Below are positions 56,036 through 61,050 of a DNA stretch of 61,050 nt, piece after piece. Position 1 is the first letter of the stretch, and every line of letters begins with the position of its first letter. The notes beneath the pieces are model-generated. The model saw nothing but the letters and a program-made list of their open reading frames with translations. It searched no databases and had not been told where the DNA came from. The DNA lies in the IMG/VR virus record IMGVR_UViG_3300021141_000010, positions 1-61,050 of that record; one strand, written 5' to 3'. This stretch comes from a virus (lineage: Duplodnaviria; Caudoviricetes). The position numbers and the translations under genes are program-made.

Positions 56036-56484
56036 TGCCAAGAGCCAAGAAAGAAATCCAGACGCCACAGCCAGACTGGCTGTGGCGTTATCGCGTAACC
56101 GTGTTGCGAGTCGTCGACGGCGATACCGTCGAACTGCTTTTCGACCAAGGCATGGGAAATTGGTCTATGGAGACTTGTCGGCTCTATGGCATAAACGCTG
56201 TGGAGTTGCGACAAGACGGCGGCGAGGCCGCTAAAACGAACTTGGAGGCCGAAATAGAGGCATCTTCTATAAGCAGAGGCAAGTTCAATCTCCCTGTGGT
56301 CTGGGCCAGAACGATCAAAAACCGCGCCGAATCCAAAGAGATCCAAGAGAAGTACGGTCGATATCTTGTAGAACTCTACTCAACGGCAGAGGAGATGGAT
56401 CGAGGCTTCGCGCATTCGATCAATCAGGGTATGATCGAGAACGGTTTTGCCAAGCCGTATTACGGCATCGGAAAGGTAAAATAG
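56035..56484 (+). CDS. Thermonuclease (SNase-like)
   Basis: VLRVVDGDTV, RLYGINA.E, EKYGRYL, IN..MIENGFA. Confidence 0.88.
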   Translation: MPRAKKEIQTPQPDWLWRYRVTVLRVVDGDTVELLFDQGMGNWSMETCRLYGINAVELRQDGGEAAKTNLEAEIEASSISRGKFNLPVVWARTIKNRAESKEIQEKYGRYLVELYSTAEEMDRGFAHSINQGMIENGFAKPYYGIGKVK

Positions 56485-56486
56485 AA

Positions 56487-56840
56487 ATGCTACATCCTAG
56501 TATTTTGTGTACTGTCTGCCAGTATTACCACACAAAGCTCCAGCTTGTTCGGAGCTTTTTGCAGATGGTTCCCGAGGATACTCGGGAACCTATGACCAGT
56601 CCGCAGTACAAATACTCGTATGGGGTGGCGTTTGACCAGCCCTCGATGAGCTTTGAACTGGTCGGATATAGGGACTGCATTGGCAGAAAGTGGGATTATC
56701 AGTATGTTGAGGGCGGTGTCGTGCTGTGTATGCAAGGCAGTTCGGAGTCTATGAAGGCTCCGAACCTCTCAGATTTGGTGGTTTTTTACTCGGAAACCGA
56801 GTTTTCCGAGTGGTTAGGAAAGATTTCAGATGGCAGATAA
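56487..56840 (+). CDS. Hypothetical protein
   Basis: Fills the operon gap. Confidence 0.5.
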   Translation: MLHPSILCTVCQYYHTKLQLVRSFLQMVPEDTREPMTSPQYKYSYGVAFDQPSMSFELVGYRDCIGRKWDYQYVEGGVVLCMQGSSESMKAPNLSDLVVFYSETEFSEWLGKISDGR

Positions 56841-58386
56841 ACCTAGTTTGACAACAACGGAGGAGAAGCTCGCTAGTGTCGTTTCGGCACAATCGAAGAT
56901 GATCTCGATGCTTATTACCAATCGAAGACTTTTTGCAGCGTGCCTGATTGCTGACGTATCGGCATCGAAATCCGTGAGGGAGCGTGCTGAGAAACTCCTT
57001 AGCTCGACTAACGATGATTTGATCCCTGAGGTCGATGCCTTCGTTCAAGGCTTTTGTGACGAACTACCGCACATCTTCCGAGCGTCTGACGACTCTTTTG
57101 AGGACGAAGAGGACGAAGAGGACGAAGAGGACGAAGAGGACGAAGAGGACGAAGAGGACGAAGAGGACGAAGAGGACGAAGAGGACGAGCCAGCACCGCC
57201 TTTCGACTCAGCGTCTCAAGCCTACCGAGACGAAGTTTCGTACATCGTCTCGAAGATGCCCTCGGACGAGCATCTTCGGACTAAGGGTGCTGATCGCATG
57301 TTCAAGATCCTTAGTTGGCTTCCACGGGTCGTGGACTTCACCCACCGCACTGTCTCGATTGACGCGCGACTGCGAGTCCTTGTGCCTACGCACAAGGACG
57401 AGAAAGGCGCGGACGTATACCAGAGCTTGGTGTTCAATACGAGTTTGTTCGATCCGAAGACAAAATCGCCTGTCATTGAGTATCCGATTGGTGGGGATCT
57501 GCTGTCCTCGGACGGCCCCATCTACCTAGCCAATTCTTGGAATCCAAAACTGTCGCCGGATATGCCAGTCGAAGTCGAAGTCACCCTCAACATCGGGTTC
57601 GATTTCTTTGATGTCCCAGATGCCCCGGTCGCCGAGGCTCCAGAGTTTCATAGCGAGTACGATGAAGTAGCTCCCAAGCCTGCTTGGGAGCCAAAGGTTG
57701 GTGATTGGGTAACAATCACCAAGCCTGAGGACACAAAGAAAGAGCCTGGATGGGTTGGCGAGATGGACAAATATCTCGGCAAGGCTCGGCAGATTGCCTC
57801 AGTCAGGAGCCAGACTGGGTTTTTCCACCTGTGCGTCCCAGCAGACCACGATGACTGTCGACAAGGCCGATCACTCTGGACTTTCCACAAGGATTGGATG
57901 ACTCCAGCCGAAGCACCCGCTGAGGCCAAAGCCGAGGATATCAAGTCTCCGCTAGAACAGACGGTCGGCGAAAAGATCACTATCGAAACAGATGGTTGGG
58001 TATTCAAGGGGTTTGCCACGAAGGTTGCTGCATCGTCCTGGCAATCCGGCATAACCACTGCGGTGGATTTCACCTTCTCGCCAACCTCCTGCGAACCGAA
58101 GAAGAAGCAGGAGCCAGAGGCTCCTGCTGAGGCTCCCAAGCCCGGCAAGCGGCAGATCACCCATGCCGACCTCGGCAAGCGAGTCGTCGTAACCCACCGA
58201 AAGGATGGGTACGAGTCCAGTTACTCACGCTATCTAACCAGCATCACAGTCCGGCCCTCCCGTCCAGATCGTGTCGAGTACGGCGTGAAACGCTCTCGCG
58301 AGTTCGATGACTTCCATTCCGACATCCTTGTCGTCTACCCAGACGACCCCAACTCGGAATACCAAGTCGAACTCGCCAACGGGTAG
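56830..58386 (+). CDS. Multi-domain hypothetical protein with an acidic (EDE)n tract
   Basis: 518 aa; KVGDWVTI..W..EMDKYLG domain; followed by a terminator. Confidence 0.7.
   Translation: MADKPSLTTTEEKLASVVSAQSKMISMLITNRRLFAACLIADVSASKSVRERAEKLLSSTNDDLIPEVDAFVQGFCDELPHIFRASDDSFEDEEDEEDEEDEEDEEDEEDEEDEEDEEDEPAPPFDSASQAYRDEVSYIVSKMPSDEHLRTKGADRMFKILSWLPRVVDFTHRTVSIDARLRVLVPTHKDEKGADVYQSLVFNTSLFDPKTKSPVIEYPIGGDLLSSDGPIYLANSWNPKLSPDMPVEVEVTLNIGFDFFDVPDAPVAEAPEFHSEYDEVAPKPAWEPKVGDWVTITKPEDTKKEPGWVGEMDKYLGKARQIASVRSQTGFFHLCVPADHDDCRQGRSLWTFHKDWMTPAEAPAEAKAEDIKSPLEQTVGEKITIETDGWVFKGFATKVAASSWQSGITTAVDFTFSPTSCEPKKKQEPEAPAEAPKPGKRQITHADLGKRVVVTHRKDGYESSYSRYLTSITVRPSRPDRVEYGVKRSREFDDFHSDILVVYPDDPNSEYQVELANG
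57100..57189 (+). repeat. 9-bp tandem repeat GAGGACGAA x9 plus one variant
   Basis: Read directly from the sequence. Confidence 0.95.
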
Positions 58387-58416
58387 CCCAGTCTAACCAA
58401 CCCAAAAACCTACCTA

Positions 58417-58448
58417 AACCAGCAGGATTAAAACCCTGCTGGTTTTTT
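58417..58448 (+). terminator. Rho-independent terminator
   Basis: AAACCAGCAGG/CCTGCTGGTTT followed by a T-tract. Confidence 0.75.
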
Positions 58449-58523
58449 CGTTTAACTGACAACCACCCCCTACAAGACTACACTAATAGCAGATCCCATC
58501 CACCCCTCACAAGGAACCCTGCT

Positions 58524-58757
58524 ATGGTCGACCTCCAAACTCTCCTCCTAGTGGTAGCTATCCTCGCCCTCTGGGCACACACAACCCATCTAGCCCGCCG
58601 TCTTCAAGACGTAGAAGCCATCCTAGACGATCACGACGATGAACTAGAGTATATGTGGGATTACCAGAATGAACGCTGGCAGGTCACCGCAGAGCAGTTC
58701 CAAAACATCGATGCTATCTTCTCCCAGATGTTCGGCCCAGATCACGAGCCCGAGTAG
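58524..58757 (+). CDS. Small membrane-anchored protein
   Basis: AAGGA SD; CTGACA-17-TACACT upstream; N-terminal TM. Confidence 0.65.
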   Translation: MVDLQTLLLVVAILALWAHTTHLARRLQDVEAILDDHDDELEYMWDYQNERWQVTAEQFQNIDAIFSQMFGPDHEPE

Positions 58758-58780
58758 CAATACTACGAACCCCATATCGA

Positions 58781-58804
58781 AGCCCCGGCAAGCCGGGGCT
58801 TTTT
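58781..58804 (+). terminator. Rho-independent terminator
   Basis: AGCCCCGGC-AA-GCCGGGGCT-TTTT. Confidence 0.75.
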
Positions 58805-58900
58805 CGTTTGTGTCTCACATTCCTAGCTTTGTGATACACAAGCTGCGGTGCTAGCCATCGGCTGGCAGCTAGTGACTATTGGGCGATGGTCGCTGGCGAC

Positions 58901-59046
58901 TAAGCGATCCGCAGAGCGGATCGCGGGTGGTGGGGCTATGTCCGGGTGTGTCCAGACTTTCCAGATGTCCAGAGCTTGGGGCTGAGGGTTAAGCGATCCG
59001 CAGAGCGGATCGCGGGGGTTAAGCGATCCGCAGAGCGGATCGCGGG
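58901..59046. repeat. Three copies of the palindromic unit TAAGCGATCCGC-AGA-GCGGATCGCGGG
   Basis: Copies at 58901, 58990 and 59020. Confidence 0.92.
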
Positions 59047-59286
59047 GGTGGGATCCTCGATTCCTGAAAATTTTAAAATTTCTAAAAATTATATGTGTGG
59101 CTGGGCGGCCTGGGGGGGTGTACTAGTACACCCCCACACCCGTACACTCGACTGACCTCCCCCCCCCATCGCAATTGCAATTAAATTGCAATTTACTTGC
59201 AATCGGTTTGCTATTGCAAATCGATTGCAAGTAGGCATGGCATGCCATGCCTAGGCATGGCATGCCTAGTATAAGTTTTCCTATAT

Positions 59287-59302
59287 AGCAAACGGCGTAC
59301 CA
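59287..59302 (-). promoter_or_regulatory. Sigma54-type -24/-12 promoter
   Basis: Minus strand TGGTACG-CCGT-TTGCT. Confidence 0.55.
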
Positions 59303-59573
59303 ATTAGAAATACTGAATATCGTGTTTTGCGAACTCCGTGTGAGAATAACCGCCCTAAACCATAGGTTTAGGGCGGTTATAGCCCCATAAACCTAGCATA
59401 AGTAAAACCGATTTTCGGTTTTAAGGGCTCTAGCATCGCGATACAGAGGGGCATTTCTTGGGGGGTGTCAATTGTCGCACTACGAAATACGATGCGTCAA
59501 AACGCAAATTTGGAATTATCATGAATTCTAATGCTAGAACTATTTTGGCATTTTGCCAAAATAGTTGGGGAAT

Positions 59574-59588
59574 TGGCACGGGATTTGT
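59574..59588 (+). promoter_or_regulatory. Possible sigma54-type promoter (imperfect -12)
   Basis: TGGCACG-GGAT-TTGT. Confidence 0.35.
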
Positions 59589-59619
59589 TCGCGAGCGTGC
59601 GCGGTAATTAAAAGGTATA

Positions 59620-59693
59620 CCGTCGACGGCTCAGCGGCTCGACTCTGTCGAGCCGTCGACGGCTCAGCGGCTCGACTCTGTCGAGCCGTCGAC
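59620..59693. repeat. 33-bp tandem repeat (2.2 units) containing GTCGAC palindromes
   Basis: CCGTCGACGGCTCAGCGGCTCGACTCTGTCGAG x2. Confidence 0.9.
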
Positions 59694-59884
59694 AGTACGA
59701 ATAGCCCTGATATAAAATCCTCTAATTCTAACATCTCGGGATATAACTAAAAACGATATAGCTAAAAATGGTAAAAATAGTAAATAGGGGTTTACTCGAT
59801 TGCCGATATAGCTACAATCAATACGGGCTCGATTCCCAACGGTGGGAATCGACAATCCAGGAAACCATTGTAAGGGGTTTAAAC

Positions 59885-60922
59885 ATGTCATTAATGTACG
59901 ATAGTCTGTTCAACGGATCTAGGAAACCATTGTCAAATGAGCTTCAAACGGAATACGATGCGATGACGCAAAAGCTAGAAGCTCAGATTGCAAAGATGTC
60001 GGATAAAGAGAAAGAAATCGAATGGGCAAGAATAAAAGCTGAGCCCCAAGCAACCCAAGCAACCCAAGCAACCCAAGCAACCCAAGCAACCCAAGCAACC
60101 GCAAAAATGATAGTTGAGAAATATACCGCCGATGAAATCTTGAATGCCTCGCGAAAAGAGATAGCAAACGCGCGTAAGGTAGCCAAATCATTTGGTTTTA
60201 ACTACCTATTATCGGTCGACAGCGACCCGAAAACGGCAAAGAGCAATAAGGCGAATAAAGGATTTTATACGGCAATCCAGTATTTCGCACCCGGTAAGAA
60301 ATCCGGTTTTCAAGTATGTTCATCCGCAGGCAGTTGTCTAAATCCGTGCTTGGATACTGCAGGCAATCCGATATACCAACCCGCAAAGGATAAAGCACGG
60401 TCGGCCCGTACTCGATTCTATTTCATGGCACGAAAATCGTACTTGATCCTACTGGTAGCAGAAATCCGCTCATTTGTCGCCAAATGCGAAAAGCTCGGGT
60501 TGAAACCTGCTATCCGATTGAATGGCACGTCCGATATTCTATGGGAATCATATGGTTGGCTGTTTGAGGAATTCTCTGAAGTTGTTTTTTATGACTATAC
60601 CAAGCATACCAAGCGTATGAGATTGGATTGGAAGTTACCCGGTAACTATTACCTTACATTCTCACGACAATTAGAAAATCACGACGACACCCTACGGATT
60701 GCCCATAGCGGGCGCAACGTAGCGGTGGTTTTTCGTAAGAAAAACCTTCCCACCTCTTGGAATGGATTACCGGTCATTAATGGTGACGAAACAGATCTGC
60801 GTTTTTTGGATCCATTTGGCGGATATGTCGTCGGATTGTCCGCCAAGGGTAAAGCTAAGAAGGATACCAGCGGATTTGTAATGGAAAATGAAATCTCTTG
60901 GCCATCATCCGCAGTTGTATAA
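59885..60922 (+). CDS. Gp88-like phage protein (radical-SAM-like Cys cluster)
   Basis: VC..A..CLNPCL..AG, IRLNGTSDILWE, FYDYTK, NYYLTFS, NVAVVF, GDETDLRFLD, VVGLSAKG. Confidence 0.8.
   Translation: MSLMYDSLFNGSRKPLSNELQTEYDAMTQKLEAQIAKMSDKEKEIEWARIKAEPQATQATQATQATQATQATAKMIVEKYTADEILNASRKEIANARKVAKSFGFNYLLSVDSDPKTAKSNKANKGFYTAIQYFAPGKKSGFQVCSSAGSCLNPCLDTAGNPIYQPAKDKARSARTRFYFMARKSYLILLVAEIRSFVAKCEKLGLKPAIRLNGTSDILWESYGWLFEEFSEVVFYDYTKHTKRMRLDWKLPGNYYLTFSRQLENHDDTLRIAHSGRNVAVVFRKKNLPTSWNGLPVINGDETDLRFLDPFGGYVVGLSAKGKAKKDTSGFVMENEISWPSSAVV
60047..60100 (+). repeat. CAAGCAACC x6 (QAT linker)
   Basis: Read directly from the sequence. Confidence 0.95.
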
Positions 60923-60924
60923 AT

Positions 60925-61050
60925 CGGGATCGACGGTCGACGCTGTCGACCGTCCGCAGGGAAAAACGGTCGACGCTGTCGACCGTTTTTTTTTGTCGAC
61001 CGTCCGCAGTGCCTTGGATCCCTCGGGATCGACGGTCGACGCTGTCGACC
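60925..61050. repeat. Cluster of CGGTCGAC-GCT-GTCGACCG palindromes; one forms a terminator
   Basis: Three copies plus a half-site; the middle copy is flanked by AAAAA/TTTTTTTTT. Confidence 0.85.

Noticed and set aside
57008-57529. Alternative-frame ORFs with (RPL)n or (KRT)n
   Set aside because: By-products of the 9-bp repeat
58901-59693. Possible CRISPR array
   Set aside because: Repeats are directly tandem or irregularly spaced, with no unique equal-length spacers and no cas genes
59768-59884. Longer start for the Gp88-like gene
   Set aside because: ATG at 59885 has an SD-like TAAGGGG; the upstream part looks like leader sequence
1-61050. Alternative genetic code or prophage/host boundary
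   Set aside because: Conserved genes are intact in code 11 with all three stops used; no integrase, att site or host housekeeping block was recognised

Overview
A 61 kb segment of a tailed dsDNA bacteriophage (siphovirus-like tail module). No integrase or repressor is visible. A Planctomycetota host is my inference from csrA, G(A/R)CC Cys-rich repeats and sigma54-type promoters. Layout: (i) 1-5.8 kb, mixed accessory genes (phoH, TerS-like, thyA, DUF6321-like, degenerate RNase H) plus a structured non-coding region; (ii) 5.9-29.5 kb, + strand replication/recombination arm (sigma-like protein, CsrA, SNF2 helicase, MazG, primase, DnaB, LysR, a family A polymerase split into separate polymerase and UDG-like+exonuclease genes, dNMP kinase, clamp loader, UvsY/SSB/RecA, flap exonuclease, resolvase, beta clamp, split SbcC around SbcD, GT9-like transferase); (iii) 29.6-54.9 kb, - strand virion arm (TerL, portal, protease, capsid, membrane/papain-peptidase cassette, head-tail genes, tail tube, frameshifted chaperones, tape measure, a 1030-aa Cys/Thr mucin-like protein and a glycosyltransferase-methyltransferase fusion); (iv) 54.9-61 kb, + strand accessory genes, a palindrome-dense probable genome end and a Gp88-like gene. 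Top candidate for a new system: a glycosyltransferase carrying the DxH / GGE / distal-His signature of polypeptide GalNAc-transferases (GT27-like), encoded next to a mucin-like Thr-tract virion protein and a GT9-like enzyme. This suggests phage-encoded mucin-type O-glycosylation of the virion. All family calls are from motif recognition by eye; no searches were run.
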